Part shown: positions 10,775 through 20,525 of the stretch, piece after piece
Layout of the letters: the number at the start of each line of letters is the position of its first letter
Position numbering within the stretch: position 1 is the stretch's first letter
Assembly: GCA_963766735.1 (NCBI GenBank)
Contig: CAVYBU010000007.1
Coordinates: 389,742-453,741, forward strand
Direction: 5' to 3'
Source: an uncultured Chloroflexia bacterium
GTDB lineage: Bacteria; Chloroflexota; Limnocylindria; Limnocylindrales; CSP1-4
Length of the DNA stretch: 64,000 bases
The notes under the pieces: generated by a model
Databases searched by the model: none
What the model saw: the letters and a program-made list of their open reading frames with translations, nothing else
Told to the model about the DNA's origin: nothing
Translations under genes and position numbers: made by a program

Positions 10775-10973
10775 TCAGTCGCCCAGGGCGAAGTGCAGCC
10801 GTGCCGAGCGCGGGTCGAGGAATGCGAACCGGTCCGCGAGGGCGGTCGGGGCAACGTCGTCGAACACCGGCTCGACCGCGTCGGGCTGGTAGTCGCGCTG
10901 ACGGCGCTCGGCCAGCTCGTGCTGGCGGCGGCCGTAGTTCTTGCGGCGGTTGGACTGGTGGCGCTTGCTCACG
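10775..10973 (-). CDS. small hypothetical protein (66 aa) in the dcw cluster
   Basis: GTG at 10973 preceded by GGAGGAGG. Translation VSKRHQSNRRKNYGRRQHELAERRQRDYQPDAVEPVFDDVAPTALADRFAFLDPRSARLHFALGD. Basic N-terminus. Not in the supplied ORF list as a separate entry. Confidence 0.35.
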
Positions 10974-11079
10974 GGACTCCTCCTCCGTGGGCGAGGGGCC
11001 GGCCCTGGGGCCGGTATCGACGGGTCATGGCGTCGGCGCGTCGCTCGGTGTCGGGCTGTCTCCTCTTGTTGGCGATGAC

Positions 11080-12024
11080 TCAGGCGGCGAGCCGCTCGGC
11101 GGCCCGCAGGCGGGCACTCCGGGCCCTGGGGTTGGCGTCGATCTCCGCCTCGGTCGGAGTCAGCGAGGGGCGAGTAACGAGCCGGAGGCGCGGCGTCTTG
11201 CCGCACACGCACACCGGCACCTGGGGCAGGCAGACGCAGCCGCGCCGCTCCGCCGCGAAGAAGTGCTTGACGATCCGGTCCTCGAGCGAGTGGTACGAGA
11301 GGACGACAAGACGACCGCCGGGCCGCAGCAGGTCAACCGCGGCGACGAGGCCTTCCTCCAGCGCTTCCAGCTCCTCGTTCACGGCGATACGGAGCGCCTG
11401 GAAGACTCGCGTGGCCGGGTGGGTGCGCCGGCGCACGCGCGGGTTGACGGGCACGACGCGTTCGACCAGGGTGGCGAGATCCTCGGCAGTCCGGATTGGA
11501 GCCGTGGGGCGAGTGGTGGCGATCGCCTTGGCGATCTTCCAGGCCGCCGGCTCCTCGCCGTACCGTCGGAACAGGGTTGCGAGCCCGTCGGCGTCCAGCG
11601 TCGCGAGCAGCTCGGCGGCGGGGACACCCCGGCTGGCATCGAAACGCATGTCAAGGGGACCGCCGGCGCGGAACCCGAAACCGCGTTCCCGGTCGGCCAG
11701 CTGGTAGGAGGACAGCCCGAGGTCGAAGAGAAGGCCGTCCACGGCTCCGAACCCGGCCGCAGGTGCCACCTCGGCGAGCTCGCGGAAGTTCGCACGGCGC
11801 AGCACGAGGCGGTCACCGAACCGCTCAAGGCGGAGGGCGACCCGGTCGATCGCGGCCTGGTCGGCGTCCAGCCCAAGGACGCGACCATCAGGGCTGGCGG
11901 CCTCCAGGATCCGCTCGGTGTGCCCACCGCCGCCGACCGTCGTGTCGATCTGGAGGCCGCCGGCGCCCGGAGCGAGCGTCGCGATGACCTCCTCCGGCAT
12001 CACCGGCAGGTGCCCTGCCTCCAT
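11080..12024 (-). CDS. rsmH: 16S rRNA (cytosine1402-N4)-methyltransferase
   Basis: SAM methyltransferase with an MraW-type sequence (GGHTERIL, DLGLSSYQLAD). Start ATG 12024 with GGAGGAG upstream. Confidence 0.8.
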   Translation of the reverse strand: MEAGHLPVMPEEVIATLAPGAGGLQIDTTVGGGGHTERILEAASPDGRVLGLDADQAAIDRVALRLERFGDRLVLRRANFRELAEVAPAAGFGAVDGLLFDLGLSSYQLADRERGFGFRAGGPLDMRFDASRGVPAAELLATLDADGLATLFRRYGEEPAAWKIAKAIATTRPTAPIRTAEDLATLVERVVPVNPRVRRRTHPATRVFQALRIAVNEELEALEEGLVAAVDLLRPGGRLVVLSYHSLEDRIVKHFFAAERRGCVCLPQVPVCVCGKTPRLRLVTRPSLTPTEAEIDANPRARSARLRAAERLAA

Positions 12025-12085
12025 CACTCCTCCACGGTTCGGTTGCGGATCCCGAGCGGACCCTGGAAGCGCATGTCGTGCGACG

Positions 12086-12514
12086 TCAGATCCCCAGCCC
12101 GGCGATGGCCTGCGCGAAGGCATCCGGGTCGTCGAGGCTCTCGCTGTAGGTATCCCAGCGGGCTGGCGCCCAGATCTCGGCGTGGTCCCGGGAGCCCAGG
12201 ACCATCGCCTCGTCCTCGAGGCCTGCGAACGCGCGGAGCCCCTGCGGGACGAGCACCCGGCCCTGCCGGTCGAGCTCCGTCTCGAAGGCCCCGGCGAACA
12301 GCTGGCGCTGGAGCAGGCGAGCGTTCGAGTCGGTCATGGGCAGGCTCCCGACCTTCGCCGAGAGCTCCTCCCACGCCGCCATCGGGAAGATCGCGAGACA
12401 GGTGTCCAGCCACCTCGCGACCACGGCCCCGCCGTCGAGCTGCGCGCGGAAGCGTGCGGGGACGGCGATGCGCCCCTTCACGTCTACCGCGTGCCGGTAC
12501 TCGCCGGTGAACAC
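12086..12514 (-). CDS. mraZ: transcriptional regulator MraZ
   Basis: Two MraZ (DXXXR) domains. Start re-set to GTG 12514 (MFTGEYRHAVDVKGR, the canonical MraZ N-terminus; RBS GGGAGAGG). The supplied ORF start at 12595 would read through the MraZ boxes. Confidence 0.8.
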   Translation of the reverse strand: MFTGEYRHAVDVKGRIAVPARFRAQLDGGAVVARWLDTCLAIFPMAAWEELSAKVGSLPMTDSNARLLQRQLFAGAFETELDRQGRVLVPQGLRAFAGLEDEAMVLGSRDHAEIWAPARWDTYSESLDDPDAFAQAIAGLGI

Positions 12515-12590
12515 CGATCCGCCTCTCCCTGACGTCGTGTGGCGCCGATGGTGGTTCGTCCTGGGGAAGGGCTCCGGCGACCGGATGTTC

Positions 12591-12650
12591 CCCACTTCCC
12601 ACCACTTTGCGCCACTCCGGGCATTCTAGCGCCCGGAACCGGCACGTCAA
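12591..12650 (-). promoter_or_regulatory. mraZ/dcw promoter (TTGACG-16nt-TAGAAT) followed by three GTGG direct repeats at 10-bp spacing (MraZ boxes)
   Basis: Minus-strand reading: ccaTTGACGtgccggttccgggcgcTAGAATgcccggaGTGGCgcaaaGTGGTgggaaGTGGGgaac. Confidence 0.65.
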
Positions 12651-12934
12651 TGGCGAAATCGCAGATGTGCGGCGGGAATCGCCAGATCCAAGGGATACGA
12701 GGTCGGAATCGGGTCCTCGGGCGGCCGTGAGCGGCGCCGGCGGGCGTGCGGCCCGTGCCGCGCGATGTAGCGCGAGTCAACGGGACCTGCGGCAGCGGCC
12801 ACCAGCCGGCGATCCGCGGGTCTTCGGGCCGACATCGTGGCCTCTGACGCCACGGAGCGACCAGGCCTGCGGCGGATCAGGCCCTCCAAGCCGAATTCGT
12901 GGCGTCTGACGCCACCGGCGTGACTAGAGCGGGC

Positions 12935-13765
12935 CTACCTCGTGGGCGGCGGCATCCGGATCGAGTCACCCGCTCGCAGGCGGGTCCCCGGGTATTGCGG
13001 GTTCCACGAGTAGATGGTCGTCAGGGAATGGCCGAAGTAGTTGGCGATGCTGAAGAGGTTGTCGCCGGATCGGACGCGGTAGATCCAGCACTTGTCCCGG
13101 TCTGCGCACGGCTTCAGGAGGGCGTATCGGGTGCTGGTGGGCGTAGCCGCAGGCGTGCCCGTGGGAGGCGGCGTTGCGGTCGGTGCCGGAGTTGCGGTCG
13201 GTGCCGGAGTTGCCGGAGGAGTAGGAGCCGCAGTCGGTGCCGGAGTCGGCGAGGCTTCCGGGATCGGCGTCGCCGGGACGGTCGGTGGGGCTGCCGTGGC
13301 CGCCGTGGAGGGCGCCGGTGCCACCACACCGGCGAGGTCCGTGGGGGTCGCCTCTCCCCCGACGACAGGCAGGTCGATTCCACCACGCTGGACCACGAAC
13401 CCGAATGAGATCCCTGCGCTGAGGACCAGCACGAGGAGCGCGGCCAGTGTTGCCCGCGGCACCGCGATCTGGCGACGAGAGGGAGGGTTCTCCGGCACGA
13501 CCAGGGTCCCCTTGAGGAATCGGGGGCAGTCGACGTGCGCTGCGCGGAGGCAGACCAGCTCTTGCTGACGGGATGCCTGCGGCCGGGGGGCGCCGATGGC
13601 GACACACCGGTTATCGTCGTCCGGCTCGCGACGTGGGACCAGGAGGTTGCCGTCCAACTCTCGCCGGAAGAACGGGCAGACGGACGGGTCCGGCGATCGC
13701 GCTGCGTCGTCCATCATCGGCAAGGCCGCCCGCATCCCGCCGGACACGACGCCCTCGTCGGGCAC
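12935..13765 (-). CDS. LysM domain membrane protein with Cys-rich N-terminus and Pro/Thr/Ala linker
   Basis: C-terminal LysM (YRVRSGDNLFSIANYFGHSLTTIYSWNP), one transmembrane helix, PT-rich repeats. Start uncertain. Confidence 0.6.
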   Translation of the reverse strand: MPDEGVVSGGMRAALPMMDDAARSPDPSVCPFFRRELDGNLLVPRREPDDDNRCVAIGAPRPQASRQQELVCLRAAHVDCPRFLKGTLVVPENPPSRRQIAVPRATLAALLVLVLSAGISFGFVVQRGGIDLPVVGGEATPTDLAGVVAPAPSTAATAAPPTVPATPIPEASPTPAPTAAPTPPATPAPTATPAPTATPPPTGTPAATPTSTRYALLKPCADRDKCWIYRVRSGDNLFSIANYFGHSLTTIYSWNPQYPGTRLRAGDSIRMPPPTR

Positions 13766-13992
13766 GTTTGCTGCGGGGTCGCTGCCGGCGACCGCCGCGG
13801 GCTCCTCGTTCAGCTCGAATCCTCCCGGCGAGACGGCAGACGATCTCCCACCTGCGGCGAGTCTAGTACCTCCGGCCTGTTGCCGAGGCGGAATCCATGG
13901 TGGTAGGCTGCGCCTCCGCCGCCGCGCGATGCGCTGCAGCGGGACTACAGTAGGAGTCGTCCATCCCGTTCGGAGGCAGCCAGCCGCATTCC

Positions 13993-14247
13993 ATGGCGCT
14001 CCAGCTCACCGTGCCGGCCATCGCTCAGGATCTCGCCCAGGACGCTTCGCGCCTTGCCCCGCACCGAATCAAGCGCTGCACCTTCCGGCGCCTGATCTCG
14101 CTGGACCGACCCCAGGAGCGCATCTACGAGGTCGAGTGCCTGTACCCGGATCGCACGGTGCCGATACCGCTGGGCGACCTGGACAGCAGCCTGCCGATCT
14201 GCAACACGTGCACGGCGGCGCACATCTTCCGAGCGGACGAGGACTGA
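13993..14247 (+). CDS. small hypothetical Cys-containing protein (84 aa)
   Basis: ORF with GGAGG about 14 nt upstream. Contains a C..C...CNTC pattern. No recognisable family. Confidence 0.3.
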   Translation: MALQLTVPAIAQDLAQDASRLAPHRIKRCTFRRLISLDRPQERIYEVECLYPDRTVPIPLGDLDSSLPICNTCTAAHIFRADED

Positions 14248-14327
14248 CCCCGGCATCGCAGCGGCGCTCTTGGCCACGGCCAGTCCCTCGGGAGGACAAT
14301 CCGCGGCATCGGCGCCAACTCGGGTGA

Positions 14328-14685
14328 GGCGCCAGCGAGGCGGCCTGTAAGCCGAGTTCTGTACCGCGGCTCGCGCCGCGGTGACGGTCATCCATCTGGG
14401 GCCGCCGGTTGCCCGACGGCTCATGCAGCCGACCCGAGGGCTGGGCAGCGCACCTCTCCCCCCGGCGAACCGGGGTTGCGCCCTCCTATTTGGCCTTGCT
14501 CCGGGTGGAGTTTGCCGCGTTTCACTCCGGCCCCGAAGGGCCGGCATCGTCACTGTGGCACTGGTCCTCGCCTCACGGCGGACGGGCGTTACCCGCCACC
14601 CTGCGCTGGGGAGCTCGGACTTTCCTCACGCCGCCCGGTTGCCCGGCCGACGCGCGACCATCCGGCCGCCTCGCTGGCGCACCCA
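14328..14685 (-). ncRNA. rnpB: RNase P RNA (bacterial type A)
   Basis: Minus strand contains GGAAAGTCCGAGCTCC...CAGGGTGGCGGGTAACGCCCGTCC and GCAAACTCCACCCGGAGCAAGGCCAAATAGG. The 3' ACAGAACTCGGCTTACAGGCCG and P1 helix GCGCCAGCGAGGCGG/CCGCCTCGCTGGCGC match the M1 RNA consensus. Confidence 0.9.
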
Positions 14686-14764
14686 GTGTAGGTCAACCGA
14701 TCGACGAGCCCCCGGACCGGATCTCCGGTACCCCGACTGGTGGGACATGTGCTGGCACCGCCGG

Positions 14765-15394
14765 CTACAGGAGGCCCCGGACGACCTCGGCCACGGCCCG
14801 CCCGAGGACCCCGTGGGAGACGGCGTTGAGATGCACCCCGTCAGCCGGATCGCCGCTCACCAGCGCCGACGCGTCCAGGAACGCGACGTCCCTCATCTCC
14901 GCCACAACCGCATACAGCCGCGGCAGGCGGTCGCTCGCGGCCCGCGCCGCCCCGAAGCCCCACAGCTCGGAGCGCTCCGTGGTCGTGCCGAGGCGCGGCG
15001 GCGCCAGCAGGAGCACGGTCGGCGGTCCCCCACCGGGACCCGCGCCGGATGCGAGCGCCAGGTCGATCAAGGCCCCCACGGCCGTGGCGATCTCGTGCGG
15101 CTGCCGGCCGAAGATCGACTTCAGGTCGTTGGTGCCGAGCATCAGCACCAGGACGTCGACCGGCGCGTGGGACCGCAGGCACGGGAGCAGGTAGGGCCTG
15201 CCGTTCCGCCCACCCATGAACGGGTCGTCCCAAAGCGTCGTCCGGCCGTTGAGGCCCTCCTCGATCACCTCGGCAGCACCGGCGAGCTCGGCAGCGAGCA
15301 CCCCCGGCCACCGGACGTCCCGCGGGAAGCGCGCCAGCGTCACGGGTTCGGCGCCGTGCGTGTTCGAGTCGCCATAGCAGACGACGGTGGCCAT
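14765..15394 (-). CDS. SGNH/GDSL-family hydrolase
   Basis: N-terminal VVCYGDSNTHG (GDS motif) and DVLVLMLGTNDL block. Confidence 0.75.
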   Translation of the reverse strand: MATVVCYGDSNTHGAEPVTLARFPRDVRWPGVLAAELAGAAEVIEEGLNGRTTLWDDPFMGGRNGRPYLLPCLRSHAPVDVLVLMLGTNDLKSIFGRQPHEIATAVGALIDLALASGAGPGGGPPTVLLLAPPRLGTTTERSELWGFGAARAASDRLPRLYAVVAEMRDVAFLDASALVSGDPADGVHLNAVSHGVLGRAVAEVVRGLL

Positions 15395-15424
15395 CAGCCT
15401 CTCCTCTCCGCGTTGCGTCCCGTC

Positions 15425-15908
15425 TCAGGCCTGCGGCGCCACCCGCCGCGCACGCGCCACGCGCATCGGACCGCCGGCAGCGACGCGATCCAGCGCCTCG
15501 TTGGCGAGCCGATCTGCCGTTGAATTCTGCGCCCGGGGCACATGCGTCGCCGACCAGCTCCTGAAGCCGCCCAGCATCACCTTTGCCTCTACCCAAAGGG
15601 GCTGCAGCTTCGCGTCCTTCACCCGCCACCGGCCGTGGAGCTGCTCCACGATCAGCTTGGAGTCCAGGAACATGTCCACCCGCTCGGCGCCCAGGCGCTG
15701 GGCGAGCTTGAGCGCTTCCACGACGCCGGTCCACTCAGCCACGTTGTTCGTCTGGTGGCCGAGCGCCTCGGAGATCGTCGCGTCGGGGGGTGCTGCCGGG
15801 TCGAGCGCGTCGGCGCGCGAGCCGTCGATCAGCGCGGCGCCCAGCGATGCCGGGCCCGGGTTGCCCCGCGCCGCCCCGTCCGTCCGGATGACGAGATGCG
15901 GGATCACG
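15425..15908 (-). CDS. rnhA: ribonuclease HI
   Basis: MIPHLVIRTDGAARGNPGPAS...NNVAEWTGVVEALK...DSKLIVEQL catalytic residues pattern. Start GTG 15908, just after the sdhB stop. Confidence 0.8.
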
Positions 15909-15933
15909 GGCAGCGTGCCCTCGCCCCGAGTGC

Positions 15934-16635
15934 TCAGGCGCGTCGCCCCACGATCGCCGAGGACACCTCGAGGATCGCCTGGGTGATGTGGATCCCGCGC
16001 GGGCAGGCATCCACGCAGTTGAAGATCGTCCGGCAGCGCCAGACGCCGTCCCGGTCGGCCAGGATCTCGAGCCGCTCTTCTGCGGCGTCGTCCCGCGAAT
16101 CGAAGATGAACCGGTGCGCGTTCACGATCGCCGCCGGCCCCACGTAGTCGGGCTGCGCCCAGAAGGACGGGCAGGAGGACGTGCACGAGGCGCACAGGAT
16201 GCACTTCGTGGTGTCGTCGAACCTGGCCCGGTCCTCGGCCGACTGGCGCCGCTCCCGCTCGGGCACCGGGTTGTCGTTCTGGAGATAGGGCTGGACGCTC
16301 CGGAACTTGGCGAAGAAGGCATCCATGTCCACCACGAGGTCCTTCATCACCGGCAGGCCAGGCAGCGGGGCAACGGTGATCTTCCTGCCGCCCAGCTGAT
16401 CGACACGGATCTTGCAGGCGAGCCGGTTCCGGCCGTTGATCAGCATGGCGTCCGAGCCGCAGACGCCGTGGGCGCACGACCGGCGGAACGTCAGCGTGCC
16501 GTCCTGCTCGAACTTGACCTTGTGCAGCAGGTCCAGGACCCGGTCCATCGGGCCGGCCTCAACCTGGTACGTCTGGACGTGGGGCTTGGAGTCCTTCTCC
16601 GGGTCGAAGCGGAGGACGCGAAGCTCGACGGGCAT
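15934..16635 (-). CDS. sdhB: succinate dehydrogenase iron-sulfur subunit
   Basis: 2Fe-2S (CAHGVCGSDAM), 4Fe-4S (CILCASCTSSCP) and 3Fe-4S (CRTIFNCVDACP) cysteine clusters. Confidence 0.9.
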   Translation of the reverse strand: MPVELRVLRFDPEKDSKPHVQTYQVEAGPMDRVLDLLHKVKFEQDGTLTFRRSCAHGVCGSDAMLINGRNRLACKIRVDQLGGRKITVAPLPGLPVMKDLVVDMDAFFAKFRSVQPYLQNDNPVPERERRQSAEDRARFDDTTKCILCASCTSSCPSFWAQPDYVGPAAIVNAHRFIFDSRDDAAEERLEILADRDGVWRCRTIFNCVDACPRGIHITQAILEVSSAIVGRRA

Positions 16636-16650
16636 CGTTCTCTCCTCCGC

Positions 16651-18426
16651 TCAGTAGACGCGCGGCTTGGGCTGGAACTTGGTGATCGTGACCGGCTTGT
16701 AGGCCAGCTCGACCCCGCCTTCGCCCCTGGTCGCCAGTGAGTGGGTGAGGAAGTTCACGTCGTCCCGGTCGGGGTAGTCCTCCCGGCTGTGGGCGCCGCG
16801 GCTCTCCTTGCGGGCGAGCGCGGCGGCGACCGTCGTCTCCGCGCAGTCGAGCAGGTAGCCCAGCTCGCGTGCCTCCAGGAGGTCCGTGTTGAACACGGTG
16901 CCCTTGTCGTTGACGCCGACGTTCGCGTAGCGCCCGCGCAGGGCGGCGACACCGTCCCGGGCACGGGTCAGAGCCGTCTCGTCCCGGTAGACGCCCACGT
17001 CGTCCATCATCACGTCCGCAAGGTCAGTCCGGATCGCCGCGGCCCGCTCGCCGCCCTCCCGACCGCGGATCGCCTCGATCTCGGCGCGGACGGGCTCCAT
17101 GACGGAGGCGTCGACTGCAGGCATCTCGATCCCCTTGAGGTCAAGCGCCATCTGGCGGCCGGCCCGCCGGCCGAAGACCAGCAGGTCCACGAGCGAGTTC
17201 GTGCCCAGGCGGTTGGCGCCGTGGACTGACACGCAGGCCGCCTCGCCCGCGGAGTAGAGCCCGGGGACCACGATGCTGTCCGTGTTTCGGATGACGCGGT
17301 TGACCATGTCGGCCGGTCGGATGACGCGGGTGACGAGGTCCGTCGGGATGCCGCCCATCGCGTAGTGCGCGGTCGGCTGGATCGGGATCGGGTCCGTGTA
17401 GGGTTCGATGCCCTGGTACACCCTGACGAAGTCCGTGATGTCCGGCAGCTTCTCGTCGATCATCTTCCGGCCGAGGTGGCGGACGTCGAGGTAGACGTAG
17501 TCCTTGCCGTCGATGCCGCGGCCGGCCCGGATCTCCTGGACGATGGCGCGGCTGACCATGTCGCGCGGCGCAAGCTCCATGAGCTTGGGGGCGTAGCGCT
17601 CCATGAACCGGAAGCCGTCGTTGTCGAGGAGGTAGGCGCCCTCGCCACGGGCCGCCTCGGACAGGAGGATCCCGATCCCGACGATCCCGGTGGGATGGAA
17701 CTGGTAGAACTCCATGTCCTGGAGCGGGACGCCGTGGCGGTACGCGAGGGCACAGCCGTCTCCGGTCAGGCTCCACGCGTTGGAGGTGACCCGGAACATC
17801 CGGCCGAAGCCGCCCGTCGCGAGCAGCACGGCCTTGGATCGCAGCACCACCAGCTCGCCGTCGGCGATCCGGTACGCGACGACGCCGGCGGCCCTCCCGC
17901 CGGAACCGAGGTCCCCACCCTCGGTCACGAGGTCCACCACGTGGTACTCGTCGTAGAACTTGACACCGGCCTTGAGGCACTGCTGGTACAGGGTCTGGAG
18001 GATCATGTGGCCCGTGCGGTCGGCCGCGAAGCACGCCCGCATCACGGCGGCCTCGCCGTAGTTGCGGGTGTGCCCGCCAAACCGGCGCTGGTCGATCTTC
18101 CCGTCGGGCGTCCGGTTGAACGGCAGGCCCATGTGCTCGAGCTCGATCACGGTCTCGATGGCCTCGCGGGCGAGGACCTCGGCCGCGTCCTGGTCCACCA
18201 GGTAGTCGCCACCCTTGATGGTGTCGAACATGTGCCACTCCCAGTGGTCCTCCTCCTGGTTGCCCAGGGCGGCACACACGCCGCCCTGGGCGGCGCCGGT
18301 GTGGGAGCGGGTCGGGTACAGCTTCGTGATCACGGCCGAGTCAACGCCGGCCTTGGCGAGCTCCAGGGCGGCCCACAGGCCGGCGCCCCCGGCGCCGACG
18401 ATCAGGGCGTCGTGGTCGCGGATCAT
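16651..18426 (-). CDS. sdhA: succinate dehydrogenase flavoprotein subunit
   Basis: [20 protein letters not shown]-binding start and [10 protein letters not shown] covalent-FAD histidine region. ATG at 18426 inside the 660-aa ORF. Confidence 0.9.
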   Translation of the reverse strand: MIRDHDALIVGAGGAGLWAALELAKAGVDSAVITKLYPTRSHTGAAQGGVCAALGNQEEDHWEWHMFDTIKGGDYLVDQDAAEVLAREAIETVIELEHMGLPFNRTPDGKIDQRRFGGHTRNYGEAAVMRACFAADRTGHMILQTLYQQCLKAGVKFYDEYHVVDLVTEGGDLGSGGRAAGVVAYRIADGELVVLRSKAVLLATGGFGRMFRVTSNAWSLTGDGCALAYRHGVPLQDMEFYQFHPTGIVGIGILLSEAARGEGAYLLDNDGFRFMERYAPKLMELAPRDMVSRAIVQEIRAGRGIDGKDYVYLDVRHLGRKMIDEKLPDITDFVRVYQGIEPYTDPIPIQPTAHYAMGGIPTDLVTRVIRPADMVNRVIRNTDSIVVPGLYSAGEAACVSVHGANRLGTNSLVDLLVFGRRAGRQMALDLKGIEMPAVDASVMEPVRAEIEAIRGREGGERAAAIRTDLADVMMDDVGVYRDETALTRARDGVAALRGRYANVGVNDKGTVFNTDLLEARELGYLLDCAETTVAAALARKESRGAHSREDYPDRDDVNFLTHSLATRGEGGVELAYKPVTITKFQPKPRVY

Positions 18427-18818
18427 GGCTGCACCGGGAAATTGAGCGTCATGACGGCGATCGTGCCCATCGCGAAGACGATGAACGCGCCGATGTAGAG
18501 AGCCATCGTGAGCACGGTGCGGAGGCCGCCCTTCGTGTAGTCCTGGACGACCGTGCGCATGCCCATGAAGGCGTGAAACACGACGAAGGTGAGCATCAGC
18601 CAGTCGGCGGTCCGCCAGGCGATGCTCCCCCACCGCTCATCGAGGATCCACTGGGCCGTCTGGTCCTTCGGGTCGTAGAGGAAGTGGACGATGATGTAGT
18701 GCGCGAGGGCGGTCACGAACAGGCCCACGGCCGTCAGCCGCATCAGGTACCAGATCGCGAGCTCCCAGCCGCCGCCAGACGGGCGGACGCGGCCGGCACG
18801 GGGATTTCGAGTGGTCAT
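18423..18818 (-). CDS. sdhD: succinate dehydrogenase membrane anchor subunit
   Basis: 132 aa, three transmembrane helices. ATGA overlap with sdhA. Confidence 0.65.
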   Translation of the reverse strand: MTTRNPRAGRVRPSGGGWELAIWYLMRLTAVGLFVTALAHYIIVHFLYDPKDQTAQWILDERWGSIAWRTADWLMLTFVVFHAFMGMRTVVQDYTKGGLRTVLTMALYIGAFIVFAMGTIAVMTLNFPVQP

Positions 18819-19201
18819 GACTGGAACCTGAAGGGGGGCTCGAGCCCGAAGGCCGGGGCCATGATCTGGATGAGGATCGGCAGGCCGATCAGGGCGAACA
18901 GGACCCAGTTCGCGTACCACATCTGCTTGTGGTACCGGGTCATCGACGGCCAGAAGTCCATGATGATGATCCGCAGGCCGTTGAGCGCGTGGTACAGGAG
19001 CGCGGCACCAAGCAGGGACTCCACGACACGCCCGCCCGGACTGCCGTAGATCACCAGGAGCTCGTCGTAGAGCGCCGGGTTGACGCTGGCGAGCCAGATG
19101 TCGAAGACGTGGAGCAGGATGAACGCCCAGATGGCGACACCCGAGAGGCGATGGAACGCCCAGGCGAGCATTCCCTCGCTACCCCGATACCGCAGGAGCA
19201 T
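18815..19201 (-). CDS. sdhC: succinate dehydrogenase cytochrome b subunit
   Basis: 129 aa (MLLRYRGSEGMLAWAFHRLSG..., a heme-binding His), three transmembrane helices. RBS GGAGG. Confidence 0.7.
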   Translation of the reverse strand: MLLRYRGSEGMLAWAFHRLSGVAIWAFILLHVFDIWLASVNPALYDELLVIYGSPGGRVVESLLGAALLYHALNGLRIIIMDFWPSMTRYHKQMWYANWVLFALIGLPILIQIMAPAFGLEPPFRFQS

Positions 19202-19260
19202 GGAGCCTCCGTGTCTCCCCGGCCCGCTGTCGCGGGTCGCGATGACGCGTGCCCGGCCGG

Positions 19261-20265
19261 TCAGCCGAGGCGCGCGATGATGGCGTCCGCGAACTCCCTG
19301 GTGCCCGCGGGACCGCCGAGATCGTAGGTCGTGGACTTGCCTTCGGCGATGACTTCGCGCATGGCGGTCTCGACGCGGACCGCCGCATCCTGCTCGCCGA
19401 GGTGGCGGAGCATGAGCACGCCCGACAGCATGAGCGCGGTGGGATTCGCCTTGTTGAGGCCCGCGTACTTGGGCGCCGAGCCATGCACCGGTTCGAAGAC
19501 GGACGCCTCGGTGCCGATGTTGGCGCCCGGCGCCACGCCGAGGCCGCCCACGAGGCCGGCGCACAGGTCGCTCACGATGTCACCGTACAGGTTCGGCAGG
19601 ACCATGACGTCGTAGAGCTCAGGCTTCTGCACCAGCTGCATGCACATGTTGTCGACGATGCGATCCTCGAACTCGATCTTGCCGGCGTAGTCGGCCGCCA
19701 CGGTCCGGCAGCTCTCAAGGAACAGCCCGTCGGAGAGCTTCATGATGTTGGCCTTGTGGACCGCCGTGACCTTCCGGCGGCCGTTCGCGACGGCGTACTC
19801 GAACGCGAACCGGGCAATCCGCTCCGAGGCCGCCCGGGTGATGATCTTGATGCTCTCAGCCGCGTCCGGGCCCACCATGTGTTCGATGCCCGCGTACAGG
19901 TCCTCGGTGTTCTCGCGCACGATCACCAGGTCCACGTCCTGGTAGCGCGTGTCCAGGCCCTTGATGGACCGGGCCGGTCGCAGGTTCGCATACAGGCCGA
20001 GCACCTGGCGCAGCGTGACGTTGACGCTCCGGAACCCGGACCCGACCGGGGTCGTGATCGGGCCCTTGAGGGCGACCTTGTTGCGGCGGATGGACTCGAG
20101 GACATGTTCGGGCAGCGGCGTCCCGTACTGGGCCATGACGCCCTCCCCGGCGTCCTGGACCTCCCAGTCGAAGGCGACGCCGGAGGCGTCGAGCACGCGA
20201 CGAGTTGCCTCCGCCAGCTCCGGACCGATGCCGTCGCCGGGAATGAGCGTGACGTTGTAGGGCAT
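19261..20265 (-). CDS. isocitrate/isopropylmalate dehydrogenase family protein, probably NAD-dependent isocitrate dehydrogenase
   Basis: 334 aa beta-decarboxylating dehydrogenase ([17 protein letters not shown] motifs). TCA-cycle neighbourhood. Confidence 0.7.
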   Translation of the reverse strand: MPYNVTLIPGDGIGPELAEATRRVLDASGVAFDWEVQDAGEGVMAQYGTPLPEHVLESIRRNKVALKGPITTPVGSGFRSVNVTLRQVLGLYANLRPARSIKGLDTRYQDVDLVIVRENTEDLYAGIEHMVGPDAAESIKIITRAASERIARFAFEYAVANGRRKVTAVHKANIMKLSDGLFLESCRTVAADYAGKIEFEDRIVDNMCMQLVQKPELYDVMVLPNLYGDIVSDLCAGLVGGLGVAPGANIGTEASVFEPVHGSAPKYAGLNKANPTALMLSGVLMLRHLGEQDAAVRVETAMREVIAEGKSTTYDLGGPAGTREFADAIIARLG

Positions 20266-20525
20266 GCGGCGATTGTAGCCGCGCCATCCGCGCCCGATGG
20301 CTGACTTCCGGGCCCTGCTGGAGGGCCATTGCGCCCGTCCTCAGACCGTGCGGGCCGGAATGGGTGACAACGAGGGGCCGTCCGGCCATGACGGACATCC
20401 GCCATCCCTGTCGAGACTCTGTCGCATCGCCCGACCCGGGGCCGGCCCTGTGCCGGCGCACGCCGGGCCGCGGTCGGCCAACCGTCGTCCCGCCCCGGCG
20501 GGCCGGCCAAGGGAAGGTGAGCCTC

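Noticed and set aside
14381-15523. 380-aa and 261-aa plus-strand ORFs across 14.4-15.2 kb
   Set aside because: They overlap the RNase P RNA gene and the antisense of the SGNH hydrolase. No protein-like composition.
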